Of a DNA stretch of 64,000 nt, positions 1 to 13,187 are shown in pieces. Position 1 is the first letter of the stretch, and every line of letters begins with the position of its first letter. The translations under genes were made by a program, and so were the position numbers. Below the pieces are notes generated by a model that was not told where the DNA came from, did no database searches, and saw nothing but the letters and a program-made list of their open reading frames with translations. This stretch comes from Eledone cirrhosa (lineage: Eukaryota), in assembly GCA_964016885.1 (NCBI GenBank), contig OZ024740.1, forward strand, positions 184,698,001 to 184,762,000, written 5' to 3'.

Positions 1-479
1 TAAGTGCAGCCTTCCACTGTGATCTTATACAATTTGTTATAAATCAATATTATATATTAAGTAAACACTTCAGTCTATGTGTTAAAATAGAAGCATATTT
101 GAATTCATCAATAATACTTCCAATAAAGAAAGTACATAACACTTAAATGAGTGCAAGTTATAACACTGGAAGCTAATTTTCCTTAACATGTCACTTTTGA
201 TATAATTTCACATTTTTTATATATATTGAGATTTTGTTTCCTTGATTCTTATTCAAGATCTTATATTTTATTTTGTTTCTTTACAAAATTATTTAAACAT
301 TTTGTCATTACATGTTAGATTTTTATACAATTTGTTTATTATGAATTAAAACAAATAAAATATAAAATTTATAGATATGTAAAAATACATAGACATGCAT
401 ATACATATAAATGTAGCTATAAATATATCAGTCTATCTTTCTCTCTCTCTCTTTCCCTCTCTCTCTATATATATATATT

Positions 480-1520
480 CACAAGGACTCATGCCACCCT
501 CCCACTGTTTTAGAAACTTTGTAAATAATATCAGTACTAGTATCTCAAACCTCTCCTCTAATAAGGCTATCTTTGACAGAGCGGTACCCTACTGTAACAC
601 GGCGTTAGCTAACAGTGGCTTCTCGCAACCTATCACTTACTCTAACACTAACAAAAACAGCAATAAGAAAACAAAGCGTAACAATAGACAAACTATCTGG
701 TTCTTTCCTCTCTTCTCACTCAACGTTAAAACCAATGTAGGCAAAAGATTTCTAGCCCTCTTAGATAGACACTTTCTGATAGGTCATAAATACTGTTCCA
801 TCTTTAACCGAAACAAAGTAAAACTAGATACTCCTGCGCTAAGAACATGAAGTCTCACATCACCAACAGCCCTAAGAGCAACAACTCACCAGGGTGCACT
901 TGCTGTAAGCCCAAAGCTTGACCCCTGCAACAGCAACACACCCGCTCAAATCAACCAAAGGAGGTCAAATCCTATGTGGGTATGGCGGAGGGCCGATTTA
1001 AGGAATGCTTCATGAACCACCAGTCGACGTTTAGGTACCCGGACAGACGTTCATCCACGAAACTCGCGAGCCATGTATGGTCCCTCAAGGACTCAAGTAT
1101 AGACTACTCCATTCAATGGAAAGCCATACATAAAGGGCAATCCGTCGTGTGGACTATGTATTGATGAATGAATAAATATTCTAAAGAGATTACGCAATAG
1201 CGATTGCCTAAACTCAAGGAATGAATTCTTCACACGTTGTCCACACGTCTGGAAACACCTCTTACAGAACTACAAAGTTCCGGATTGAATTACAACAACA
1301 TCCTAATTTTCTTATCAACTAGAAATTTTTGGACTTTTGCAGTTATCTCCCTTACACCTCTCGCACGCAATTTAGTATTGCCTGAGTGAAGTGACCATTT
1401 CTGCGAATGCGCGTTTGTACAGGTGTCCTTCCTGTTCCGTATAATCATGTCCATTACGAGCTGAGGATCCGGCAAGGTGAAACAATTGTTCTCAGTATGG
1501 TGAACTAACTGTTGTGTAAC
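480..1520 (+). mobile_element. 5'-truncated Penelope-like retroelement (Naiad-like): thumb/linker + GIY-YIG remnant + 3' pLTR with hammerhead
   Basis: Translations show IWF.P.FS.NVKTNVGK.FL.LLDRHF, CTCCKPKA*PL, YVGMAEGRFKE, STKLASHVWSLKD, CGLC and LNSRNEFF..CPH, typical of the PLE C-terminus. Frameshifts and stops are present; HHR at 1458-1493. Confidence 0.85.
1458..1493 (+). ncRNA. Minimal type I hammerhead ribozyme
   Basis: GAG-CTGAGGA-tCCggcaaGGt-GAAAC-aatt-GTT-CTC: stem I GAG/CTC, intact core, palindromic stem III ACAATTGT, GUU cleavage triplet. Confidence 0.8.
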
Positions 1521-1523
1521 CAC

Positions 1524-1564
<41 letters not shown>

Positions 1565-1860
1565 TTGAAGTTCTTCAAGAGATAAGACACACTTGATTCT
1601 GAAAGGCTAAAATGAATCACTTAGAGCTGCTAAACCATGTTCCAGTCTTCCATCCATATATATCTTCCAGGTATTCCTCTATTTCCCAATTGCAAATGTT
1701 CCGCTCACACTATTATTGTTGTATTTATCATTTCACTAGCCTCCACAACACATTTATTTTTACCCTCGTTTTCTTTTCCCATGCTGCCACTATGACTGTC
1801 TCTCTACGAACTCATCTACACCCTTCCTCTCTCTCTTATATTTTATTATTATTATTATTA

Positions 1861-2062
1861 GGGCGGTGGATTGGCAGTATCGGTAGAGGGTCGGACGCCA
1901 TGCTTTGACGCATAGAGTTACGACCCTTGCCATTTTGAGTTCAAATCCCGCCGAGGTTAACTTTGCCTTTCATCCTTACGGGGTCGATAAAATAAAGTAC
2001 CAGTAATGCACTGGGTAATTGCTGGCCTTGTGCCAAAAGTAGAAACAATTATTATTATTATT
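1861..2062 (+). mobile_element. tRNA-derived SINE (family 1)
   Basis: A-box TGGCAGTATCGG, B-box GAGTTCAAATC, conserved body CTTTGCCTTTCATCCTTACGGGGTCGATAAAATAAAGTACCAGT, (ATT)n tail; near-identical copies at 13011, 32987, 60143 and 62770. Confidence 0.9.
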
Positions 2063-2064
2063 GT

Positions 2065-5000
2065 TTACGAAGTCATCTACTCCCTTCGAAATCCTAACAC
2101 TTCGCCTTGTCTAATATAGGTACTCGTATCGGTTTATTTTACCCTGAGATGCTATAGGCCATGATGGCTACCTATCTCACAATTTCCCTGCCACCCACCC
2201 CCTCACACCACCCCTCACATCACCCCTCACATCACCATAGCCTATTCGACCAATCAAACCTCAGCATGTCCCCCCACCCCCACCCATTACCAACGCCAAC
2301 AAACTATGCCATTACTACTACTACCTACCTCTCTCCTCACCCGTCCTAGTCCCAACAAACCCTGCCATTATTACCACCACCACTGTTCTAGCCCTGAATT
2401 CTCCTACCGTTATGTATGGATGAGCTGAAAATAAATGGAGCAACCATGAATTAATAAATGAAAATGAATATGAATCCGCAAGCTACCAAGCACCCACGTG
2501 AAGCTTTTATTCAGAGACAGGAAGCATACACACACCCCTGTAAAAATCGACCCTTTCCCACGAATGTTGACAAATGCCCAAAACTCCAAGTTGGTACCAT
2601 CAATGTAAGCACAATGAAAGGAAAAGCAGGAGAAATCGTAGAGATGTTAGACCGAAAGGAAATTGATGTATGCTGTGTGCAAGAGACTAGATGGAGAGGA
2701 GAGTCTGCTAGAGTCCTTGTAGGAAAAAGTCAGTGCTACAAATTTTTCTGGGTGGGAAATGACAATGGGATGGGTGGTGTAGGTATCCTACTAGCTGACA
2801 AGTGGGTAGATAAGGTAATCTCAGTGAACGGGGTGAATGCAAGAATCATTAAACTCAGACTAGTCCTGAATAAAACAATTTCCACAATAATATCAGCTTA
2901 CCTACCCCAATCGGGGTTGCCAGACGAACTTAAGGATATGTTTTACGAGTCCCTAATGCGCACTACTGCTCTAACAAACGACAATGACATCCTAATCATT
3001 GCAGGAGATTTGAACGGACACATAGGTAAACACCGTGAAAGCTTCTATAGGGTCCATGGAGGCCGTGGGGTTGGCACAAGAAATGAAGAAGGATTCGGGC
3101 TTCTAGCATTCTGCGATGCCAATGACATGCCGACATGTAACACAAACTTCAAAAAACCCGACAACCACCTGATCATCTATAGATCATGGGAGCATTCTAT
3201 TCAGATAGATTTTATCCTCATCAGATGATGTGACAGATGGACGGTCGTAAACAAAAAGCCTTACCTAGTGAGGAATGTACCTCCCAACATAGCTTATTGT
3301 CAGCGACCTCACGGTCAGAACTAGACAAACCTGGAAACAGAGGCCAACCTGGAGAAGAAAGATCTGGAAGCTGAAAGACCCCTCAGCCAGTAACAGATTT
3401 AAAGATATTTTACTCAACGCCTATGACAGTAAAGAAGAACAGATATAGACATTCAATGTAGAAGAGCACTGGGAGTTCCTAAAAAATAACTTACTAAAGG
3501 TGACAGATGAGATCTGTGGCTGGAGTAAGACCACGGGCAGGAGGAGAGTGACTTGGTGGTGGAACAATAAGGTAGATGAGGCAGTTAAGGCCAAGAGACA
3601 GGCTAGGAGGGAAGCAGAGGATAGAAAATTCAAGCATGTTTTGCAGCGTGAGGACCAGAAACAGGAGGTGTTCAAGATTGCGAGGCAGTGTGTCAGAGAG
3701 AATTGTGATGTCATTGGAGAGAAGTGTATCTGGAATGATAAAGGTGAACTTGCCCTCACAAATGCTGAGAAGAAAGATGCGTGGAAGAGCCAATATGATA
3801 GATTACTAAATGAGGAGAATGCATGGGAAGAAGAGACCCTACCCCAAGTAGACCCTATAGAGGGGCCAGCAGTACAAGTCAGAGGCAGTGTAGTAAGTAA
3901 GGCAATCAAACATATGAAGACAGGGAAGGCAACCGGTCCATTGGGTATAGCTGCCGAGATGCTGAAGGCATCTGGGTCGGTAGGTCACACCATAACCATA
4001 CGTATTGTTAACCAGGTAATACTAGAAGGTGTCATACCAAAGGATTGGAGCAGTAGCATCATTGTCAACTGCTACAAAGGTAAAGGTGATGCACTAGATA
4101 GAGGAAACTATAGAGGTATAAAGCTGATGGACCAGGTCATGAAAGTAACAGAAAGAGTTATAGCATAGTTGATTAGGGACCGGGTGAAACTAGATGAGAT
4201 GCAATTTCTGTTTGTGCCAGGAAGAGGCACCACTGATGCCCTCTTCCTTGTGAGACAGTTACAGGAGAAGTACCTAGCTAAAAGTAAGCCACTCTACCTG
4301 GCATTCATCGATCTCGAGAAAGCCTTTGACAGAGTTCACCATGCTATAATCTGGTGGGCTCTTAGAAAACTAGGAGCAGATGAATGGCTTGTGAAAGCTG
4401 TACAAGCCATGTATAGGGGAGTAGTCAGCAAAGTTAGGATTAGCAATGAGTATCGCGAGGAATTTAGCATACAGGTCGGTGTCCACCAGGGCTCTGTTCT
4501 TAGCCCTCTCCTGTTCATCATAGTCCTGCAGGCAATAACAGAGGAGTTTAAGACCGGATGCCCATGGGAACTCCTGTATGCAGATGACCTTGCACTTATA
4601 GCTGAATCTATGGTAGAACTAGAGAAGAAATTCCAAATTTGGAAGCAGGGACTAGAAAGAAAGGGTCTCAAAGTCAACCTGACAAAGACAAAGGTCCTTG
4701 TAAGTAGACAAGAAAACAGAACCCAGATCCCCTCAGGGAAATGGCCTTGCTCACTATGTAGGAAAGGTGTAGGTAGAAAATTCATTCTCTACCCCAAATG
4801 CAAACAATGGGTACTCAAGAGATGTAGCGGGATCCCAGGAAGCTTAGCTAAGAATGTAGGCTTCACATGTAGCAGCTGTGCTGGGACAACAAGCAGCAAA
4901 GAGCCACAGGAGACAAGTACCACCAAACTCTGGGAGGGCTCTGTAGAAACAGTAGACAGCTTCTGCTACCTAGGTGACTGAATTAGCAGTGGAGGTGGGT

Positions 5001-5846
5001 GTTCGGAAACTACAATAACAAGGGTAAGAACGGGATGGAAGAAGTTTAGGAAGCTACTGCCACTGCTAGCTTCAAAAGGCTTTTCCCTCAAAGTGAAAGG
5101 CAGACTGTATGATGCATGTATACGAACAACAATGTTACATGGTAGTGAGACCTGGGCGCTTTCTGTGGAAGACTTACGTAGATTAGAAAGAAACGAAGCC
5201 TGTATGCTCCGATGGATGTGTAATAGTAATATACGTGAATGGCAAAGCATAAATGAATTGAGAGAGAGACTGAGCATAAGAGGAATCAAATGCTGTGTGC
5301 AGGAGAAGCGGTTGCGTTGGTATGGACATGTGATGCGTATGAAGGATGACAGCTGCATAAAAAGGTGCAGAGCACTAGAAGTCGATGGAAACCGCGGAGT
5401 GGGGAGACCCAAGAATACCTGGGATGAGGTGATAAAAGCCAACCTTACCCAATTACACCTCTCCAAGTCGATGACTCATGACCGTGACCTCTGGCATCAC
5501 GCAGTAATACAGAAGACACGACACCCCACGGGTACAAGCTGAAGCTGAAGCAAATAGACAATATGCCCCCACGCTGTTCCACTGCAAAGTGGTCATGGAT
5601 GTGCCATGGCAAAAAAGCACCCAGCCCACACTGTAAAGTGGATGTGTAGGCGCCACAGAAAAAAAGCACCCAGCACTCACTGTAAATGAGGTTGGTGTTA
5701 GGAAGGGCATCCAGCTGTAGAAATCAAGCCAGAATCAGTTCCCATATGAGCAAGACAAGGTCAGCTGACCGGACACTGCCTACAACAGGACAACCCATCT
5801 AACCCATGCTAGCATGGAAGAACGGACGTAAAACGGTGATGATGAT
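2065..5846 (+). mobile_element. Near full-length RTE-clade LINE, degraded (APE + RT + PHD-like finger)
   Basis: APE motifs GTINV, CVQETRW, AGDLNGH, IDFIL; RT motifs AFIDLEKAFD, GVHQGSVLSPLLF, LLYADD, FCYLG; (GAT)n tail. Several stops and frameshifts; 5' boundary approximate. Confidence 0.95.
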
Positions 5847-6829
5847 ACACACACCCATAAATAGTATAGAAAATTAATTTTGGACTTAGAAACCTATTAG
5901 AACACATGATTTTGGATATGAATATCCTTTCAAAGCAAAGTGAAATGTGTTATTGTGGAAAAGTGGTATCTTGTTCAGTATTCAGAGAAATCCAGAAACA
6001 GCTGCCAGGTATTCTCACCACCTTTGAGATACTGTGACATACATGATCACAAAAAATTCAGATTCTTACAGTAGATGCTTTCATACACACCCCAAACACC
6101 TCTATGATATATATACATATATATATACACACAAACACCCTCACACACACATATATATTTATACATATATATACATATATATACATATATATATGTATAC
6201 ACACACATTTATATATATATTATATATTATATATATTAATAATGCACCAATAAGTAAATTTTTTCCAATACTGATTACTGATTAATTGGTCACTAATTAT
6301 AATGTAATTATGCATTTTGATATCGATATTTACAATATAATTAAGTGTATTCAATATATTCTGTATCTATTTATCTATTTATCAGTTCAACCTTCATTAT
6401 ATAACACATACACATCCCATATTTTGTACCTATACATAGGTTTCTGTTTTGTTAATCATTGTGTGAAAATAAAGCCAATATGTGTAGTTTGAATAATTAT
6501 ATTGATGTACAGCCAAAATTTAAAAATATATAATTTAATTAAAAATACATAGAAGGCAACAGTGGCTATAAACATTTATAGAAAAATGGCTATAAAGATT
6601 TATAGAAAAAGTTGAAAACTGGAATACAAGGAACAGCTGTTAAAACAGTTGAATGCTGTCAATGGCAACAAAATGGAATTTGGTAGAAAATACTGCTAGG
6701 GACAGAAAACAGTGACCAGTGATCACTGGCCACTGTTTTCTATTCTTAAGCACTCAGTATTTACTTGACTATAATGATATTTGTTTTTAGCTACTTTAAC
6801 TATACCTATATACATTCTCCTGTTTTCCA

Positions 6830-7065
6830 TTCTTCACTCTGCAATCATTGTCTATGTGCATCACATATTAATACAAACACAATCTTCTCTCTTGTACACC
6901 ACTTTGGATTCTTTTAAAATCCTTATTCTCTTTTGGCTCATGCAAACTCTGCCTTTCTGTTACATCTACATTACACATCCAATGAAGCATGGTAGCTTCA
7001 TTTCTCTCCAGCTTACGCATGTCCTTTGCAGTCACTGCCCATGTTTCACTAATCCTAAAACATGT
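6830..7065 (-). mobile_element. Old RTE C-terminal fragment
   Basis: SETWAVTAKDMRKLERNEATMLHWMCNV matches the C-terminus of the other RTE copies. Confidence 0.85.
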
Positions 7066-7105
7066 TCTTTTTAATATTCCTTTTAAAATTTCAATACATA
7101 GTAAC

Positions 7106-7135
7106 ATATATATATATATATATGTATGTATATAT

Positions 7136-7214
<79 letters not shown>
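7106..7214. repeat. (TA)n microsatellite
   Basis: Direct reading. Confidence 0.98.
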
Positions 7215-7217
<3 letters not shown>

Positions 7218-8264
7218 CTCTAATACAAAGTGCAATTCTGATTCTTTTCTAATATTAACTATCATATACTATTATAATCTAAGATAGAACTTTCCATTAG
7301 TTCATTTTTAATGGATATAAGGAACATGGTATTATGGTTCAAGATTAGCAAGACACTTAGATGTCAAACTTTAACAAAAATGTATATGACCTCATACATA
7401 TGTGAAATGCATGATGTGTTCATGTGTGCATTTGTTTATGCACGTGTGCATGTAGGTCGGTGAAAATGTGTGCATTTTTATAAAAGGAATTATTTGAAAT
7501 ATGCTAGCCAGGTTTAATTACAGATTATACACACACATGCATGCAGACATACACACATATTTATATAAGGGAGTGTGTGTTCATGTATAACAATAATGCC
7601 AACGTGTAGTTTCAGTGGCTATATTGATATATAGCCAAAATTAAAACTTATATTCATACACTCACAGTCATACACACACACAAACACACTCACACACATA
7701 AATGCATGCACTTCGTATGCCTCTAAGCACATGTGTGTATATGTCCAAGTTTTATATTATTTGTCTTACTATGTAGCTAATTTTTTCTAGTTCTTAAATC
7801 TAGTGCTGCATTCAAAGTGTTAGCTATTGTTATGTTGATGATATCATTGAAATTTAAATCAAAGTCTTGCGGTATTTTTGGCTGAACATTTCTAAATATA
7901 GTCATGTTGTATTAGATTTCTAAACCATCATCTCTATACTGTCAAGGAATAAGGGTTTGGAACATTTCCTGAGTGTAGATACATTCAGAAACTGAGTAGC
8001 TGTGTAGATATATTAGAGATCAAAAAGCTCTATTATCTTTTTGATCATCTGCATATCTATCATTGCCAATTGCATACCATATTAGAATGCCTTTCCTTAC
8101 ATTGATGATGATATGGTCCCATGACTTCTGGTGGAGTTGTAGGGCACTGTATTGGCATACTGCATTTTGGGGCATTTTAAGCTGGCTAAGGTTCATCCCT
8201 CTCCTCCATATCTGAGCACAGCAGATCTTTTCTAGAGAAAGAAACAAATAGTTATAGGGGAACA

Positions 8265-8420
8265 ATTGACCCCAGTATTAGATTGATACTTTTGTTATTT
8301 ACCTAGAAAAGACGAAAAGCAAAGTTGACTTCTATGTGATTTCAACTCAGAGGGCAAATAGTCAAAATGAATATTGTACAGCATTCTATCAGATGTTCTA
8401 AATGACTTTGCCATTTCACC
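8265..8420 (-). mobile_element. Diverged SINE family-1 relic
   Basis: GAAAAGCAAAGTTGAC...GATTTCAACTCAGA is the reverse complement of the B-box/body of the SINE at 1861. Confidence 0.55.
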
Positions 8421-8909
8421 TTACATTACAGTCACTAAAACAACTGCAGTACTATCATATTTCAGGCCTGAAGCACAAATAACCATCTGACCACCTTTCA
8501 GTGATCGGAAACTTTTCAGCTACTGTCATGTCTCTATGATCATATTCAGGTTTAATAAACACATATTTATTCAGAATATGAAAGTCAGACTTACCTTCAA
8601 ATTCCAGGGTTTTCAATAGATTGGAGTTAAGATTTAACTCTCTAGTTTTTGATTTTAATAAAATAATCATTTGTGATCATTTTCATAGAATCATAAGATA
8701 ACATTATGTCCAGTGTTGAAATAATACTACTTTAAATGCTTTCACTTAACTTTCAAATAGATAGCGGATAATGGTAAGTCCAGTTTTGAAATAACATTTC
8801 TTGAAATCCTGGAAGCAGTACATCCAATGTTGAAATAATGCTTCTTTAAATCACTTTACTCTATTTTCAAAGCAGCGGTAGATAACAACACTATGTTCCT
8901 TATTGAAGT

Positions 8910-8910
<1 letters not shown>

Positions 8911-8940
<30 letters not shown>

Positions 8941-10213
8941 GTTTTACGTCCGTTCTTCCACGCTAGTATGGGTTAGACAGGTTGTCCTGTTGTGGGCAGT
9001 GTCTGGTCGGCTGACCATGCCTTGCTCATACAGGAACTGATTTGGCTTGATTTCTACAGCTGGATGCCCTTCCTAACACCAACCTCATTTACAGTGAGTG
9101 CTGGGTGCTTTTTCGTGGCGCTTACACGTCCACTTTACAGTGTGGGCTGGGTGCTTTTTTGCCGTGGCACCTCCACGACCACATTGCGGTGGGGGGTGTG
9201 GGGGCATATTGTCTATATGCTTCAGCTTGTACCCATGAGAGGTTGGGTACTCTGTATTACTGCGTGACACCAGAGGTCACGGTCATGTGTCATTGCCTTT
9301 GAGAGGTGTAATTGGGTAAGGTCGGCTTTTATCACCTCATCCCAGGTCATCTTGGGTCTCCCCACTCCGCGGTTTCCATCAACTTCTAGTGCTCTGCACC
9401 TTTTTATGCAGCTGTCATCCTTCATACGCATCACATGTCCATACCAGCGCAACCGCCTCTCCTGCACACAGCATTTGATTCCTCTTATGCTCAGTCTCTC
9501 TCTCAATTCATTTATGCTTTGTCGTTCACGTATATTACTGTTACACATCCATCGGAGCATGCAGGCTTCGTTTCTCTCTAATCTATGTAAGTCTTCGACC
9601 TTCAGCGCCCAGGTCTCACTACCATGCAACATTGCTGTTCGGATACACGCATCATACAGTCTACCTTTCATTCTGAGGGAGAAGCCTTTTGCAGCTAGCA
9701 GTGGTAGTAGTTCCCTAAACTTCTTCCATCCCGTTCTTACCCTAGTTATTGTACTTTCTGAACACCCACCTCTGCTGCTAATTCGGTCACCTAGGTAGCA
9801 GAAGCTGTCTACTGTTTCTACAGAGCCCTCCCAGAGATTGGTGGTACTTGTTTCCTGTGGCTGTTTGCTGCCTGCTGTCTCAGCACAGCTGCTGCATGTG
9901 AAGCCTACATTCTTAATTAAGCTTCCTGGGATCCCGCTACATCTCTTGTGTACCCATTGTTTGCATTTGGGGCAAAAAATGGAGTTCCTACCTAAACCTT
10001 TCCTACATACTGAGCAAGGCCATTTCCCTGAGGGGATCTGGGTTCTGTTTTCTCGTCTACTTACAAGGACCTTAGTCTTTGTCATGCTGACTTTGAGACC
10101 CTTTCTTTCTAGTCCCTGCTTCCAAGTTTGGAATTTATTCTCTAGTTCTACCATAGATTCAGCTATGAGTGCGAGGTCATCAGCATACAGGAGTTCCCAT
10201 GGGCATCTGGTCT
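8911..10213 (-). mobile_element. 5'-truncated RTE LINE (same subfamily as 2065-5846)
   Basis: ORF 9222-10154 is nearly identical to the C-terminus of the first RTE; shared 3'UTR; (CAT)n tail at 8911. Confidence 0.95.
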
Positions 10214-10336
10214 AATGTTTCTTTAAAAATTTCAATCTGTTTCAAATATTGTTTCTTCAAATTACCTTACTCAATCGATATGCAAATTAGGCTGCTGAGT
10301 CAGTAATATGCATAAGGAAATTATATACTTTCAAAC

Positions 10337-10423
10337 GTTCAATCGACTGACAGGAAGTTATACGGTGCTGATGACAGCTAATAAGCTAGAAACTAGTTCA
10401 TCGATCCTTTGTCAGTGTTGAAC
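10337..10423 (+). ncRNA. Type I hammerhead ribozyme with extended stem I (solo pLTR-like remnant)
   Basis: CGGTG-CTGATGA-cAGCTaataAGCTa-GAAAC-TA-GTT-CATCG; outer pairings ACTGACA/TGTCAGT and GTTCAA/TTGAAC. Confidence 0.85.
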
Positions 10424-12099
10424 AAAAGGCCAACAATGGTTGCCGAACACTGTACGACTTAATTCGGGCTGTTTGTTTACAAATACATTATAATAAATGT
10501 TCGGTAAACCCATACGTACATATATATATATGTGTGCATGTATATATATACATAGTACTGTACGTATGTATACATATATGTATGTACGTATACATACTTA
10601 TATTTAAGTATCAGCCGTACTAAGAGTGAGAAATAAAATTTCATTTTTTTCCAATAAATAGATAAATGTGGCAAAAAACAAAATGCAGAGAAAAAATATC
10701 CCCAAAAAGGGAGAGAAGTCGTCCACAAATAATCTCAGATTTCCCCAACAAGCGAAAATCAAATGCCTTCTCCCATTTTTTGCGGTATAATTAATGAGGA
10801 TCAGTTTTCTTATGCCAGTTTCAATACTCCCATCAATCTTTTGGAAAATACAATATGGGATTTCTTTTTTAATTGTCATATATTTTATAGGGGGAAAATA
10901 TACAAATTTCGTTAAGTGATGGGAACTGGTCTCTATAGAAAAATGAAACTGGAACGCTATAGTAGCCAATCTATAAAAATTGTTCCCTTGTGTATCATTT
11001 TCTTCCAATGATTTTTTCCTGACAAATTATATTTGTTTTCCTTCATGACAGAATTTTCGACCATCATTCTCTGGTCATTTCAAATATTCTTCATATTAGT
11101 AAAATACACAATTAAACACTATATAAATGAGATTGAGGGAATTTAAAACATTATTAGAATTATGTTTGATTTATGTGCAAATTGTTTTCACGTTTAATTC
11201 TCTTGTTTTCATACATTCAAGATTATTTTCGTTTTTAATTTTTGCTATTTTACATTATTTTCAACATTTATGATAATTCATTTTAGTTTTTTTTCATATT
11301 TTAAATTTTTTAATGATTTGTAATTGGAAAGTCTTACGAAATAAATGAATAATTCAAATATTTTACATTCCTAGTTTATTCCCACAAAGTAAATTATTCT
11401 TGTCCAATTATTCATTAATAAATTTCTAAGGAATCAGGTCAGGAATACTTACTAAAAAAACAACATGAAATAACATCCAATGTTAATAAAAATAGAAACA
11501 ATAACTGCGAGGTATTCCATTTATCAATTGTATGTTGTTGTTTCTATCTGGGAAGGGATGACTTGTCTAATCTATATAATAAAGATTACACTTTGTTAAT
11601 CTGCAAGTAATTTCACCACTTCTCAAAGAATCATTACAACATTTAACTCAGAGAATGATATCTATCCCTGAACATTCATTGTTCAAAAACTTTTTGATTC
11701 TGATATTCTAAATTAGAAAAGACAGAGTTTACATGGAATATGATGTTGAAAAAATTAATGTTCTGTTGAAGTACAAGTAGAGGAGAGAAGAGACAGGCAA
11801 AGGGGAGGTAAATGAGCCTCTAACTCTCCGTATGCGCTTTCTCTCTCTCTCTCTCTCTCCCCCCTCTCTCTCTCTCCTCTCTCTCTAAGATGTCACCTCC
11901 ATCACACAATGTTTGTATATATATATATATATGCATATATATATATAAATCAGGATGGATTCATGTTGAAACCGGTTAGACCATTACTCAACAAAGTACT
12001 CAATACTTGATGTAGTAGAGTATGGATATATTGTAAAGAGTCGGCACCTGATGGCTGAGCTCTTGCTGTTTCAACACCCTTTATAATACATAATATGTA

Positions 12100-12155
<56 letters not shown>

Positions 12156-13010
12156 TTGCAAGGTTTTTGATATGAAATCGTGTGTCGAAACAAATATTGT
12201 TATATTTGGGGAGGGTAATATTATTGCCAGAAATAATAACAGAATATGCTCAAAACGAATGCAATAAACATTTCAATAAGAAATTAAGATGGATCAAGAA
12301 GAAAGGAGAAGAGAAAACTTACAAAAATATCCAGATAAGATCAACAATATCTGTATAACAGACGTAGCATTACCGACAGAATTTACCAAAGACCATACAC
12401 TAAATATTTATGGGAACACTTTAATCAGTGAACAGGAACAACAGGTTCTACAGCTCCTACCAAAATTTGCTATATACAAAAAGATAAATCCAATCGAGTG
12501 TAAAAAGGAGCTGGAAAAATGTTTTACAAAAATACGTTGGAATGCGAAAATAAACAACAACTATACGGACAACAACAATAATAACGATAGTAGTAATATA
12601 AACAATAACTCGGGGTATGGCAATAACAGCTATAATAGTAATAGTCATAACAATAATAATAGCAGGAGAGTGACAAATAGTAATAATAATAATGGTAATA
12701 ATATTAACGATAGACAGAACAACAACACCACAATAATAATAATAGAAACATTAACAACAGACACGACAACAACCACCACAGTAGTAATAATGAAAATAAT
12801 ACGAGTAACAACAACAACAACAACAAAAACAAGAAACATAATAAAAATAACAACAACAATGGTAGAAATAACAGTAACAACAACAATAACAATAGAGAAA
12901 ACAACAATATATCTAACAATCATAACAATAATAATAATGTTAATAGTAGGAACAAAAACAACCATAATAACAATAATAACAACACACACAACTATGACGA
13001 TAGACATAAT

Positions 13011-13187
13011 TGTTTCTACTTTAGGCACAAGGCCAGCAATTACCCAGTGCATTACTGGTACTTTATTTTATCGACCCCGTAAGGATGAAAGGCAAAGTCA
13101 ACCTCGGCGGGATTTGAACTCAGATCGTAAAGGGACGTAACTATGCTGGAAAGCATGGCGTCCGACCCTCTACCGATACTGCTAATC
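13011..13187 (-). mobile_element. SINE family 1 inserted into the PLE, with 13-bp TSD
   Basis: Reverse complement of the SINE at 62770; TSD CGATAGACATAAT at 12998-13010 and 13188-13200. Confidence 0.95.

Noticed and set aside
1381-1423. CCTG-AGTGA...CGAA...GTA-CAGG as a second ribozyme or SECIS
   Set aside because: Fits neither consensus (no GAAA box, no apical AA with GA quartet).
2065-2170. HDV-like ribozyme at the RTE 5' end
   Set aside because: Known for some RTEs, but I could not build the nested double pseudoknot by eye.
8705-8910. Degenerate ~115-bp tandem repeat
   Set aside because: Only about two highly diverged units; no further structure supportable.
10604-11008. 134-aa minus-strand ORF as a host gene
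   Set aside because: No recognisable domain, non-ATG start, AT-rich context.
11950-12205. GAAACCGGTT and CGAAACAAATATTGTT motifs upstream of the PLE as hammerheads
   Set aside because: No intact CUGANGA box and no stem I.
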